DNA of 60,922 nt, the filler included, from Streblomastix strix (taxonomy: Eukaryota): NCBI GenBank assembly GCA_008636045.1. It is 3 parts of 3 records of this genome, joined end to end, with 100 filler letters (N's around TTAATTAATTAA, not from the genome) between each part and the next. Parts side by side here need not be neighbours in the genome. Positions count along the whole stretch, not along the records: positions 20,354 to 40,600 come from SNRW01000446.1; 2 more parts are not named here. One strand, written 5' to 3'. Position numbers and translations under genes: made by a program. Below, piece after piece: positions 25,001 through 40,600 of the stretch. A model generated the notes under the pieces. It had not been told where the DNA came from, ran no database searches, and was given only the letters and a program-made list of their open reading frames with translations. The first letter of the stretch is position 1; every line of letters starts with the position of its first letter.

Positions 25001-28000
25001 ATTTTCTTCAGCGAATTGGATTTATTCCTGTTAATTTTGTTATTTCAAAGTTTATATCTGTTATAAATCTATTTATTATTATTATTATTACTACTATTTA
25101 TCTGTAACAATATTCATATTGAAATTTGCATCTACATTAGATTTACTGTCAATATTATCATTAAAAATGTTATTTATATTAAGTGAAATACCTCCAAAAT
25201 CATCTTTTTCTTTTACTCTTAATCCAAGTCTAACTTCAACATCAAACATAATATCGTTCATTATCTTAGATGAAATGATAGCAGCGTCCAATAAATTGGA
25301 ATTTTCAGCTTATTCTAATTCTTTTTCTTATTACTATTGTTCAGTTGTTTTCTGTATTTGATTTGATAGAGGAGGTATGCTATATGAAAGATGAGGAACT
25401 TGAAGTGATCTTTAATGCAATAAATCTTCATTTAATATTTAAAGATTTATAAAATCCATCATAATTTCATCAGTATTATTCAAATCATAATTGTATTTCA
25501 TTTCTATATCCAAATTGACATTTTAAAACACGTCATCTAAAATTTCATCAATTATTATAGATGAAATAATTGCTCCATCAATATTAAATTATATCTAATC
25601 ATTCACAGTTTACTCAAATTTATAACTAAATTCATTTTACTGCTTTAATTCACATGATTGCTTTGAATCAGTAGTTTATGATATAGTGTCTTATTTATCA
25701 GATATAACATCAATTAAATTCTTTAATTGAATTTAACTTCTCAGAGTTCCATAGTTGCTGTAATTACTAAGCCCTTAATCAGAAGGATCTTATGAAAAGC
25801 TACTTACTGAGCTTTGAGATTGCGAATGTTGGAGCAATTTTGAGTTTTTCTGTTAATTTTATTATTGAAATAGTTATTATTATAATTGTTGCTGTTGTTT
25901 GCGGTAATCTTATTATTAACCTGTTAGTGTGTATATCTATTATTCAGTTCCTTCGATTGATTATGTACGAATTTTCTCAGATTTAAAAGACGTGTTTTCG
26001 GTTCGAGATGAATCAAATACATTCAAAAACTTTGTATTTAGTGGGAAATTGTTATTGATATCAATCTTTAAATTTATTTATTAATTTTAATCTATATTTT
26101 AAGCATTATTTTCCTATAGTTGTTTATTCGAGTCTTCATACTTTGAAAATTCGATTGATAATCGAATTTCTTATTATTGCTCAAATTCACCTAATTTTTC
26201 AGATTGCTCTTATATAATTTGGTCATTTGCATTTTAATTCAATATATTAAATTAGCTATTATTCCCAGATATCAATTGGCCATTATTCAAACTCATATTA
26301 TTAGCAATATTATTACTGCTTATATTTTAATTAAGATAAATAAATGTATTATTACTGGCCGTATTATTTGTAACTTCGCTATTCCGGTTTTGTTCGATTT
26401 TGGAATTTTAAAAAGAACAGCTGTTGTTTAATGTATTGCTCAAGACTAAGTAATTGTTATTTTACATATTATTCGAATTATTGATTTAATCAACACTTTA
26501 ATTTTAAATTAGTTACTTATTATTAAAATGGTTAATATAGTTCTATTATGTTTCAATAAATAAAGCTGTATCTTCAAATATATCATTAATTATTTGCTGT
26601 GAAATGAAAACTGCCTTATTTTATTCATAATTTAAATTATAATCATATTAGTAATTATATATATTCAATTGTAATAAAGTTTGATCAAATATATCATCAA
26701 TTATCGATTGGCAAATATTGTTATTCTCTTTCTACTAATTTTCAATCTAAGTTCTAATTTCAATTTCATTCTTAAACTCAGCTTCTTTAATTAATCTTTC
26801 ACCTTATCTTCGTAATAAAGTTCCCGTCTCTTAATTTGTTATTACATTCTCATTTATAATATCATCTACAATTCCATTTACAATTTCACAACTTGCAATT
26901 CTAGAAGTTTTCAAAGCATCATTAAAAATATCAATGAAAGTTGCTTAAGCAAAGTAGATTGTATCAAGTTATTGTTCGTTTACAAATGAAGTTTATGATT
27001 GATCCTATTTAAGATGTTATTAGTCAGTTTCTTCATCTTAATCAGGTATTTAAATTCCATTTGATCTTTGATTCTGAATAGGTTCACAATTTTAATCTTG
27101 CTATTCATCTTTATTATATATCTAATTTATTAATAACGAATTATAAGTTATTTTTTAATTATTGTTAACATGCTGAAATTGTTTAAGGGAATTTGCTTTA
27201 GAAACTACTTTGAAATTTTGCAATTAAAACTAATCTTGATCATCATTTTCAATCCCCATAGATTTCTCACTCAACAATTATTCAATTTCACTTTAATTAT
27301 CATTATCAACATCATATTATGATAATTTTGATCTCGAATTGTGATTCTAATTCTGCCTTTATGACAATAATTTATGCTACTAATTTGATCTCTAACTTTA
27401 AATCTACTGTTAGCTAGACACTTACTGCAATTCTCTCAATGATTGTTGTTGTTTCTCCCTCTTTTATTATTCAGTCAATCGTGGTGTCTCTTACTCAATA
27501 ATTTGTGGAACGAGTCTAAATTTTAACCTCTTCTGTGATCTCTTAACATTTGAGCTCCTGGACTGGTTTGTCAGTTCGCTGGTTTACTGTATGTTCATAA
27601 ACGAGAGTTGCTGCTCCTGCTCTAAATTCATAATGTTCTGATCCTGACTCTGATGAACGATCATTGACTGATGCTGCTGTTGTTACCTAGATATAGACAT
27701 CTGCTATAATATATTCGGTTTTGAATCAGCTTATGTATGGGTGTTTGTGATTTGCGTTTGGATCATCGAAAAGCTGATTTCTCGCTGTTTCGTTAAGTCT
27801 TCATCCATATCTATGTCTAGATGAGCGATGTGCGCTATATTGTTTAAATTTGCAATGTCGGCATTGTTTAAGTTTAAGTCTTGTTTCTCATCAATAACAA
27901 TTTCTATTGGTTGATCTAATTTAAGGCTTTTCATGCTGTTGTATTAACTATTAAATGACTTCTCACCAAAATTATTGCTGTTATCAGATTGAATATTACT

Positions 28001-31000
28001 TTAACCCTATTTTTTAATCAAAGTTATTTTACTATTACTATTACTATTATTATTATTTTTACTCAATTTCTTTTTCTTAATTGCTTGTTATCTCAATTCG
28101 TTCTATAATTCTTCCATATCATTGTTTTTATCAATATCATTTTAATTACTATTCAAATTGTCTTCTTAACCATTATTTAAATTATTATTTTAATTACTAC
28201 TTTAATTGTTAATTTAGTCTTTGTTCTGAATATCAATATTACTTTAGATAATTTCTTAGCCAGTTTTCTAATTGTGAAATGTAATGTCACTTAATTCCGT
28301 TGTCTTCACAGTTGACTATGTAAGTGATTATTCTTATTTTTGCTACTATTATTACTCATTTAAATCTAAATAGTTCCCATTACTAAGTTTAATTTTCATA
28401 TTCTGATTACTTTCATGTTATAAAAATTATTGTATTTCATTATTATTGTTAACATTATCTTATTTTTCTTTATTCTAATTTTAGAAAACCAACGAATCTG
28501 GGAATTGTTGTGGTGATTGTGGAGAAAGTACCATTTTCTCTCCTGTTTGGCTTTACTCGTTCTTCTGCAACTGATCAAACGGCCTAAAAGACAATTACTA
28601 CTATTATTCTTATAACTGATTCTCATTATTGTTGTTTATGTTATTCTCATCTTTAAAGCTGAAATTTTTTTGTCTTCTGGCACTTTGATCTCTCGAGCTT
28701 TACTATCTTGATGTTCGTGTATTGGAAGCTTGCATTCTTATATTTATATTAGTGTTATTATTCAAATCCTTTTCTATGTCTTCTTTTGTATTTATTATAG
28801 TCAATCTCAATTCTTCATCTTTTTTCAATATTGAATGCATTAATTCAACTTAACTGTTCTAACCTGACATCACATTCAATAAACTATTAGTTTTCTATTA
28901 TTGATTCTGTTGCTATATAATACTACCCACGTCTAATACACTATCGCTTTTACTAACTTTTGACTGAATGTTCTTTATGCGTTCACTAATTATCTACTCA
29001 ATATTATCGCTTCTTTAACTGCCATTCATTTTCCCATCATTGTTATGAAATGAATTTGATGATTTTTCTTCAAAATTCTTCAATTGTGGGACTATTTTTG
29101 TGCTTCTACGTGAAGTGATTGGTCTTGTTGCATCTATAATCTTTGTCATATCAATTAATGGAGGTTGATTGTTGTCTTTTCTGATAGTTACTATAATGTT
29201 ATTATCAATGAGGGTTTAATCATTATTATTATGAATAATACTATTTGGTTCTTTTTGTTCAGCATTTTATTATTCTTATTGTTATTCTTTTTGTTATTCT
29301 TATTGTTAATCTTATTATTATTCTTATTGTTAGTTTTTATCTTATTGTTATTGTTAATCTTTTTGTTAATCTTATTATTATTGTTATTGCTATTCTTATT
29401 GTTGTTATTATTTTTATTATTCTAAAGCATTATATTATTCAATTTCTTTTTATTGTAATTAATCAAATTCTTAAGATAAAATGTTACTATATTCAATGTT
29501 TATTTCTTAACCATTTTCAGTATTTCCATTCGATGCTTAAATTGGAGGCAATTCTTGCTATTATTGAGAAAACACTGCGTCTTTCAAATAAAATTACGAA
29601 TTTTCTTATTATTACGAATTTTCTTATTATTATGAATTCTCTTATTATTACATTTATTATATTTATTATTATAATTACTGTTATGATAATTCGCTCATTT
29701 GTGGATTTTCTACTTATAAAGATAATAGTTAAGAAAGCTCTTACATTTACGATCCTTCATGAAATTGTTATTAACTTCGCTTCTATGAGCTTTATTGAGT
29801 TGTATCCATTGTTACCTGTTAATCTTTAGATATATATAACGAATCCAATCCATGTTCTTGTGTAGTTTATTATGAAGTCCAATTCTAATCTTAATACTGA
29901 GATAAATTCTAACTTTAGGACTATTCGTATGATTATTGGGAAGAAACCTGCTTTGAAGCTTAATCACTCTAATTTTCACTGACGCTTTGACTTTCTTTTA
30001 AATTTCCAATTATTTCATCATTTTTTATTGACTTCTGTTCATTATTTATGTTTTGGAATGTGTCTGTCTGTGAATCTAATTATGACGGAAATGTAAGTGT
30101 AAATGACTATTGATGAGTATTCTATTAATTATGTTGCGTGATATCCTGCTATTACTATTACAGCTTCACTATATTAGACATTTTATCCTGTATCTACTTC
30201 TACAACTTGTTCCTACTCCTCTTGTGTTTTTTATTATCATACATCTTAACTGGATTCTCTTAGAATTTAGCCCCAGTGATAAGACTGTACTTCTTCATGG
30301 CGTTCAGAGTCGCAACAGGCCACCGCAACAGCTTCAGCTTCTCCTCGTTGGGCTCATCATCAACATTGTCAACCAGATCTTCGTCAAATGAGTTATTATC
30401 GTCATTTTCGTTTTCATTTTCATTTTCTCCATCTTCACCGTCTGAATACAGAAGTTGTTTCTGTTCGTCGTATTCTTCGCCGTCTGATGAAACGTTGCTA
30501 TCGTCGTCTTATTCTCCGTTTTGCACATTTAATTGTTTCTATTATAACTTCAGTTGCATTTTTTTCAGCCTCTTTTTTCTTCTCTTTTGACTCAGTTTCA
30601 GTTTTTTCTTTCTTTATTTCTCTTCATCATTCATATTATCATCATCTTCTACTTAATTTCCATTCTCATCCAGCTTATATATAAGAAGTGGTTTATCAAA
30701 CCCACCACCAACAATAAAAGGATGATTCAAAGCTCTTTTCGCTGATGCACGTTTTCTTGGGTCAATCTGCAGTAATTAGTTCAGGAAAGATAAAAAAGGC
30801 CTTTTATCAGCTTTTCCTCGCATTGAGAACTCATTTTCACGCAATAATTTGTTTGAATATGCTTAGATTGTATCCTGAAGTGATCCGTATATGTATGAGT
30901 ATTATTTTGTTGGTTGGACGTCGGGTTGTTGGGAGTGCTGTAATAGTAATTGATGAATATTGTATATATAATAATAAATAAGAATAAATAATAATAAATA

Positions 31001-33158
31001 ATAATAAATATATTATATATAATAATAAATATATTATATGTAATAATAAAAAATATAATTCAAAAAACAATAATATTAAATAAATCGTATTGCATTCTAT
31101 TTTAATTAATTATATATAAATATAATTACTCAAACTACTTTAAATTCATCCAAGGTCATCAATCTATATCCATCACCTTGTGTCAATTGACCAATTTTCC
31201 TTCTCAATCTGTATTCAACTCCAGCTACATATTCTATTTCAACTGATTCTTAAACTTTATTTCTAATTTATTTTTATCTTTTTCTGCTTGAATTTCTGCT
31301 TAAATTTGCTAATTTCCTCCGATTAAAATTATTTTTGCTTTGAAAACTGTCATTTTCATTGTCAGTTTCAGTCTAACTTTCGCTTTAACTAATATCCGAA
31401 TCTAAATTATTATTATTTTTCTTATTTTCTTAATCATTATTACCCTCATTTTCATCCAAAACGAAGAATTTCGAGAAATTTGTTCCTTCTTTGACCATCT
31501 GAGCCGGAAATGGACCCAACATGTTGAAAATACGGCAGATTTGGTCGTATTCAGATCCGCCTGGAAAAAGTGGATACCCCAAAAAAAGTTCAGCTGCGAT
31601 ACATCCTACAGACCACATATCTATTCGTGAGTTATACCTGATGATGTATGATGATGAATATATATAGTGATTATTTGTATTCGATAAATATATTATTTAA
31701 TAAATAATTTTTTTAAAAAAATGAGTAATAATTATCATAATAATAAATGAATTATAAAAAATTAAAATAATAATAATAATAAATCTATATTTATATTTGT
31801 ATATATCTAACAATAAATAATAAAATCTATATCTCAATATATCTCACACCTCCACCCAGCCAGTATTTCAGGAGCTCTGTAATACCTACTCTGTATGTAT
31901 GTATATACAGGATGCCTTTCACCAACAGCAGATCCAAAGTCAATCACTTTTATATTGGGAAGTTATTAATCTACTAAAATATTCTCTGGTTTCAAGTCAC
32001 AATGGACTAATTGTAGGTCTGATGAGAGTGCGCATGCATCGAGGATCTGTTGGAGGACCTGAATGAATGTGAATGATTATGATTATGATTATTGGATGAA
32101 TATTGAGAAATATTGAATGAATAATGATTATGATTATGATTATTGGAGGAATATTGAATGAATATTGATTATTATTGAGGGAATATTGAGTGAATTAAAA
32201 TATTTGGAATAAATAAATAAAATATAATATAAATAAATAAATCGTTTTAATATTAATTAGTTAATTACAAACAAACAAATACATCTATTCATACCGCTGA
32301 TATCATCGGAAGTGTAAAACCTCTGAAATGCCCTGTTTTCATCACTGAATACAAATCTTCTCCTAATAGTTCAGTCACAAAACACACATGCCCTCTAAAT
32401 GAGAAATCTTCTATGAAGTGAATAACGTGTCTTATTCCGAGTTCGTCGTTGTCACGGAGCTGTTTGTGGTGTATTGTAATGATACATTGATCAATGAGTA
32501 TAATATATTATATGTAATGATAGTTAATGAATATTATACATTATATATAATGTGAAATAATGAGATTGTGTATATAGATAAATTAAAAATAAAATGTATG
32601 ATGTAAAAATAATAATATTAATTTATAAAGTATTGTATATTAATTAATAATATTATATATGCCATAATAAATTGCATATTATCATACAATCCTCAATATT
32701 CTACTCTCGTACTATGCCTACTAAGTGAATGCAGCCTGATTCTTAACCACTTTTACTGCGACTAACATCCTTGTCTGGAGATTAATGCACCTGACAACTT
32801 ATCCAAAACTGCCCTACCCAAGCAATGTTTCCACCTGGTATCCTATACATATAGTATTGCGTGGTGCAGGATAGGGCATTATGATGTCGCCAACGTGGAG
32901 TATGAAATCGTCGTTTATATTATCGTATCCATCGTTGCTCACGCCTTCTGACGGCTAGGTAAGGACGAGGCCTGCATTTTTGATTTTACGCTTGTACGAT
33001 TTAAATGGCTGGCACTTTTAGTATAGTTCCACTAGAAATAAAGTAGCTTTCGATGTTGTCTGAACAAAATATAAAAAATAATTAAAGTTAAAATTTTGGA
33101 AAAGATCGATTTTAAGTGCGCATACACTAACGTCAGCTGCGAGCTACCAATTAAACAT
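22082..33158 (-). CDS. YAK1: Yak1/DYRK-family kinase with giant Q/N/S-rich C-terminal extension
   Basis: [94 protein letters not shown]. About five GT-AG introns; last exon ~30950-22082. Confidence 0.9.
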
Positions 33159-34315
33159 TACTGTACGACAACTTTTCAAATTAACAATTGAAGTACAGTG
33201 ATAGCTGTTAAATCAGACAAAAAACATAAAATAAAATGTTTAATAATAATATATGAAAGTTGTTTTTAAGTTCAATAAGTTAATTTGGATTATTAAATAA
33301 GAAAATATAATTAATAAAATATTTATAATAATTATTTAATAATAAAAAAATAAGATGTGAAACAATTAATATCGATAGAAATCGCTGATTAATTTTTCAA
33401 TTTTTGTTATTTACAATTTATTTAGTTAACTTAAGCATTTATATCTGATTTAATAGATCATACTCTTTAAATATAATAAATTATTTAATATATATTATAA
33501 AAAAATATTTTAAGAATTAATTGATGTGGTAATTGTTGATTTTTATAATTTATATTCAATAAACAAATGAATATACTAATAATTCATAAAATTATATAGA
33601 AAAGACGATTTATAATATATTCATGAAAATTAACAATCAAAAGTGTTTACCAGTTGTGAAATTACTAACGAAAATTTATTTTTTTAGGTTATGAATAGAT
33701 CGAAAGCATAATTTAGATAAATAAATTTAGCAAATAAAATTTATTGTAAGAATATAGTAATGATATAGCAAAACAATTAGGTATATTTTATTTAAATTTA
33801 ATTTGTGTTAATTCAATATCAATAACAATGCTTTAATGTTTATCATAATATTTCTTATTTTTTTCAACCCAAATAATACAAAAATGTAAAAAGAATAGGA
33901 ATGATAAAAAATTCTCCATAGTGCAATTAATAAACGTTATTCGAAGAATTCAAGGTTATTTTACATAATTATTTATATAATATGTATCCCTATTACTAAC
34001 TAAAATACTTTTTATTCAAACCTTTTACAATTTCCTATGTTTTTTCACTTTTATTATTTCAAGGCCGATACAAGCCGTCTCGTTAAGATTTTCATCTATA
34101 TTGTTGTACAATTTAATGAAAAAATATTAATTAAAGCTAATTATTATATTTATTTATATTTATTAACTAATCAAATATTTCATTTTATATATTTCTTAAA
34201 AATTCGCGCATTATTTATTATTAATCAAAATTTGATTAATACTTTACGTTTTACTTTTACTTTTTATTTTTAATATAATTTATTCACTTAATTTTTACAT
34301 ATATTAACTTAACAG

Positions 34316-35461
34316 ATGATTGGTTCTCTTCTAATTTCTTTAGCATTTATATTTAATTCAAATTTTGCGTCTAATTAGAACAATCATATTTTATAGATTA
34401 AAAATCAGAACACAGACAAAAATATAAACAACAAATTTTTAATTGGCTGTGAATAAGAAACTTAATGCAAGATATAATTTGAAGAATACATTATAAATAA
34501 CTCCTAAATCGAAAATTATTAGCTACAATTCAACTGTTAATTTATTAAATTGAATCTGGCATCAAATAAACACGAATTTCATGCATAATATATTCATATT
34601 AAACATAACGAACAACTATAAATTTGTGGAGATGGGCCAAACGTTCATAAGATTGTTTGCAATAGTCATTCATAGGATGAAAAACCAATAAATACCTTTA
34701 CTCTTTATGGTGGATCATTGATACTGCAACAGTTATCAGTTCAATACACTATAATAGATAATACAAACTATAAGTCAATTAATGCATTAAATTCTTCATT
34801 AATTATATTATAAACTGGAAGCAGTCTTTTGATTGAATAATGCAAAATCATTATCACTTCACATTCAATTCACATGAACATACACTCATATTCATTGATA
34901 TAATCTATAAGTAATGACAATTATTCATAAGGATATGATCTTAATCTCACAAACACGTCATTTGAAAACACAGGAACTGATAATTCACATTAATTTATGA
35001 ATATTGAAGTATGGTCTGGAGTATAAGTATTGATTGAAGATTGTTAATTCAGCGGATTCAAAGGTGCAATTGGATCAAGACATTGTGGAGCTGTTAGCAT
35101 TGTTGCTTAATGCAGCAATATTCCATAAGGATCCGTTATAATTGAGAATAGTACATTTTCCTTAATTAATAGTGAGAATTCTTTTGCAATTTCTGTTATT
35201 GGCGAATCAAATAATTATGGAATAGTAACTGTAATGCATTGCACTTTCATTAATTAAAAAATTAGCTAAGGTTAATAATTCACATATGATGATGTAAACT
35301 AAGTTAATATATACGAATAATATTAAGGAATGATTGATTTTGACTACAACAATAACAATATAATACTATAACCCACTTCAAAAGCTCAACATCCATTAAT
35401 TAAAGAAACATCTAACCCATTAATATTATAATCATAATCAAAAATAGATAATTTCAATTCA

Positions 35462-35537
<76 letters not shown>

Positions 35538-38500
35538 CACAATCCAAAATAACTAATGCAGATTACACATTCTATACAGATGAGACAGGAATTGAAACCA
35601 ATGATTGCATATCTAATTCTCCATGCTAGCTCTTCACAACAATTCTATATACTAAATTGGGAATTATTGGAGCTGGATTTAACAATGCAACTGATACCTG
35701 CACAATCTCATTAAAATCAGATACTTAAAGCCAGATGAATATTCAGCTTGGAAATATTACCACTATTTCGCAGTAAGTGAGAAACATAGTAATACAATCT
35801 GATGGGTATTATCCAACTGTTGTAGGTACTCCGAGCATGAAGAAAATAAAAGCATCTACATAAGGTGGAGTATACTATTTGTTTGCTTTATAAACTAAAG
35901 TATAACTTACAGTTCGGAAGCTTATTTTCGACAATTTGATGCCAGAATAATACGATGGCTTTCTTTTTGCGCTAGTATAAGAAGTTGGTAGTAGTATCTC
36001 CATACTGAACATAACAGATTGTGTATTTGAATAGGATTCAACATCTTATGCTGGAAATGATCCTTTAAATTCGGGACTAATATGTATTGCTGGAGGATCA
36101 GTAAGTATAAAAAGCACAGAATTCAAGAACTACATGTTTAGCAGCGAAGCTAGTATTATTTTCTTATTTTAAGAAGATGATCCAAATCAATATAGGAATG
36201 AATTGTTCATAACATCTTCTTCATTATCATCATCGCCATCATCATTTGAGAACATAACGCAATCAGGAGATCTATGCTTAGGCGGAACTGTTATTCGAGG
36301 TACTACAACCAATGCAGACAACAAATTCTAAATAGATTCAAATACACTCTTCAAAAGCTGTATAAGTTAGAATGGAAACGGCGGTGCTATTAATTTAGAC
36401 TTATATGGTTAATAGGGTTTCATAATAGATACAGTGACTTTTGATACTTGTTAAGGAAAGAACGGTGGTGCTATTTATTTTGATTTCATAGAGTTATATA
36501 CAAGTATGAATATCACAAACTGTGTGTTTGTAGATTGTAATGCAACAAATGGTGGATCAGGAGGTGCATTATGGTGGTAATTTTTTGGGGATTCAGTTTC
36601 AGATATAAATGATACAACATTCACTAGATGTTCATGCATGCAAGAAGGGAATGGAGGAGCTTTTGCATTGACTCTGAAAAACCACTGGGCAGGTGTTAAT
36701 ATGAATAGATGCACTTTCACAGAATGTGCGACACTTGCAGGTCTAGAATCACAGAACTTCGGATGGGGTGGTGCAATATTTGTAGATCTGTAACATAATG
36801 ATTCAGTTCTGGAAAGTTCTATGAAATTCTTAGATTTAGTCTTCGCTAATTGTGATGCTGCAGGATAAGGTAAGAACATACATATCTGCACTACAGACAT
36901 TGCAAGGACAAGAAACGATATTACAACAAACACTCTAATCACAGTAACTGCAGCTCCTGATCTATATACAAACCCAGATTACTATTAAGATTATATGGCT
37001 ATATTAGATACGGATGTTGATTTAGGCACAAACGATGAGAATGTGCATAAAGCTCTCTTTACTGAACAGGCTGACTATATATCCAATGTGTACAACCCTT
37101 TCTATGTAGATTCGACTAAGGCTAGTAATATATTACACTGTGGAGATACTTAAAGCTCAGCATGCAAGACCATGAAGTATATTATAGGAATAAGACCTGA
37201 TCCAACACAATAGAATTATTCGAGAGGTGTAGATAATGTAACTGTTGTATTTATTAGTAACACCGACTAAGAATACGATGAAGCAATAAGCACATATACG
37301 CGAATTGGATATAAGTTCGTTGTGAAATCACTTGGATATCATCAGTAAACAGAAGGTTACACTAAAGTACTCATTAATACTGCTTCAATAGGTCAAAATA
37401 AATCGCTATTCCAGATTCAAGCGTCCAGTCTGCTAGAACTTTGCGGTCTTAAATTTAATAATCTGTATTATTCATGTGCAAATCCACTATTTTCGCTAAC
37501 TTGCAATGGTACCGCAAATCTTCCTTTTCTTTCTTTTATTGAATGTGAATTCAGCAGAAATGTACCAAATCCATCATCAAACTATATATCACATTATATT
37601 ATCTCATCTACTGGTGGAATATTGAGTATTAAAAACACAAATTTCTCGAACTACAATTTCAATTCATAGAAGAGCGTTGTATATTAGAAACCTCGTGAAT
37701 CTACATATGTTTTGTGGTAGTAATATTAAAGCTCGTCCTGTAAGATGTCAGTTACTGGATGCCTATTTGAGAACATCAAACAATAAATTAGTACCTATTA
37801 TTATACTAACTAACAGTCACATGGATCAGCCATCAACGCGCAATCAAATGTAACCGATGGCCTGATAATATTGAATACAGTATTCAACAACTGCAGCACA
37901 GATTTTGGCAATGGTGGAGCTGTATATGCCATTTTGAACAGCACTGGACGAGCGTAGATAAACAAAGTGATATTTCGGAGCTGTAAGGCTTCATCAGGAG
38001 GTGGATTGTATGCTCAGATCTCAGGTGGAGGCAAAATTGAGATCTTTAATGCAACTAAATTCGATACATGCTAAACAAATAGTGATACTAATAGCTAGGG
38101 ATCTGGTCTTTATGCAGATATTTCAGGATCATCAAGCAATATATCAATCTATGGTATGACTGAATTTCTTAGCTGCACAGGATCAGATAGCGGAGGAGGT
38201 GTATATATAATGTATTCAGCTGTTAATAATGGATAAAGTGGATCAGTACTATTAGACTATGTGTCTATCACTTCATGCACTTCCAAGAATGGAGGAGGAA
38301 TTTATTCACAACTTAAGAATTAAGGTAAGATGAAGATACAACACACGAACTTCACTTCATGTCAAGCAACTACATAATATGGAGGAGGTATATTTCTGAA
38401 TGCTACAGGAAATGGAACATAAATAGAACTATCAAATACAAACTTATTTCAAAGCTGTAAATCATATAATGATGGTGGAGGAATATATGTGAGATTGTAT

Positions 38501-40600
38501 AACTTGGCAAATTTCAGCTTAAAATAATCCATAATTAATTTGTGTAATTCAACTAATGGCGATGGAGGAGGAATCTTGTGTTATATTGAAGGTGGAGCCA
38601 AGTTATTCATACAAAATGAAGTTGAGATAAGTAATTGTGAATGTTAAAGCTCAATTAAATCTGGTGGTGGCTTATTTGCATATGTTACTGACACTACAAC
38701 ATCTTCAGTCAATAGTTCGCTTTAGATCACAAATGATGTGAAGTTTACATCGTGTAAGAGCGGCTAGAATGGAGGAGGGATATATGCAATGTTAATTTAT
38801 CCTGCGAGATTAACTATTAACCAGACGAACTTCACTGGATGTTAAGCAGGAAATGGTGCTGGTATTTATGGATCATTTTCTAATACAGTTACAAATTCTC
38901 CACTTTACACAAGCTGCACAATGTAATACATAAGATTTGATGGCTGCTATAGTTCTACCAGTGGTGGAGGAATGTATGCATTAATTTCTTAGAGAGCAGC
39001 TGTATAAATCTCCAATACAGATATAATAGGATGTTACTGTACATCAGCATCAAGTAATGGTGGTGGAATGTATCTGTAAATAACCGGGAGGATAGGCTTC
39101 AGTGGTCCAGATTAACTTTTTGATATAAGTAGTAATGTTCTGTTTGATAGTTGCTATTGTCAAGGAAATGGAGGTGGTATATTTGCATAGCTTTCTGATA
39201 TGGGCAAATTGAGGATTGGTATGACTACATTCGATAAGTGCAGGTGCACGTCAAATACAAATGGATAAGGTGGAGGAATATATGCTACTATTTTATCTGC
39301 TGGATTACTACTCTAGATATATGATTAAGTAGATTTCATTGATTGTACCAGCGAATTTGATGGAGGAGGAATATATGCGAAGATTTAATAAGGATAAATG
39401 AGTATAAGTAATACAACTTTTGATACTTGTAAAGCTAAGCAATCTGGTGGAGGGATATACTTTGATATTGAAGGATATAGTTAATATTATACAACTACAC
39501 TCGCTATAATAACAATCACGAATCAAGTCAAATTTGAGAGTTGTGAAAGTGTTGTAAGAGGTGGTGCTATTTATGCAGATATGAGTATTAAATCGTAGTT
39601 GTTTATTAAAGAAACGCAGATGATTGGATGCAAAAGTACATCAACCACTTCTGGTTAAGGAGGAGGTATATATGCTAAAGTCGATGGTGCTGATGATTTA
39701 CTGCAGATTTCAGATTCAGTATAAATTACTCAATGTTCAAGTGGGTTTTAAGGAGGTGCTATATATTCATAAGTATCTGGTAATAATGCTAAATTAGACA
39801 TCCAGAATTAAGTAACTATTTCACAGTGTGAGAGTATTCTTGATGGTGGTGCTATATATGCAATTGTTCAGTAATTGGGGAAACTATCAGTTAATTCCAA
39901 ATTCACAAACTGCAAGAGCACAAATGGAAAGGGAGGAGCTATTTTCTCTGATATAACAGGATAACCATATTAAAAATCAACTGTGTAAATCAGTAACTAA
40001 GTTGAATTTGTAGATTGTGAAAGTTCTTCTGATGGTGGAGCAGTCTATTCAGATATGAAGTTATTGAGTGATTTGTAAGTAAGTGGAGTTAAATTCACTC
40101 GATGCAAAAGTAATTCAGGTAAAGGAGGAGGAATATGCGCAGTTTCATCATATAGTGATTCATCACTATAAATAACGGATTTGATAGAATTTACAAATTG
40201 CAATAGTTCTTTGGAAGGTGGAGCTATATATGCAATATTAGCAGGTACAAACACATTGAAATTAAGTTAAATAACATTCACTAATTGTAAAAGTCTAACT
40301 GAAAAAGGTGGAGCTATATATTCAGAATTTTCAGGGACTAATGCCAATGCAATGCCAATTGACGAAATATAAATGAATTAATGTTAAAGTGAATTAAACG
40401 GGGGAGGAATATATGCAACTATAACTGGTACTAAATCGTTGAAATTGAGTAAAATTACATTCAGCAATTGCAGAAGTGTATCAGGTAAAGGTGGAGGAAT
40501 TTACACTTTAATGTCAGGATCAAACAGTCAAGTGCAGATTACGGATCAAGTTGAATTTACAAACTGCAATAGTTCATTAGAAGGTGGAGGTATATATTCT
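34316..40600 (+). CDS. Large secreted/surface beta-helix (Pmp-like GGAI-repeat) protein, >2000 aa, truncated at the contig end
   Basis: Signal peptide MIGSLLISLAFIF and dozens of F..C.S...GG(A/G)(I/L)Y repeats in one long frame when TAR=Q. Confidence 0.85.
35465..35536 (+). repeat. (TAA)24 microsatellite encoding poly-Gln
   Basis: In frame with the ATG at 34316. Confidence 0.9.

Noticed and set aside
23124..31070. Many hydrophobic + strand ORFs in the supplied track
   Set aside because: Antisense shadows of the Q/N-rich Yak1 exon; TAA/AAT codons read as Leu/Ile on the other strand.
36475..40254. Minus-strand ORFs within the Pmp-like gene
   Set aside because: Antisense to a clear repeat-bearing + strand gene.
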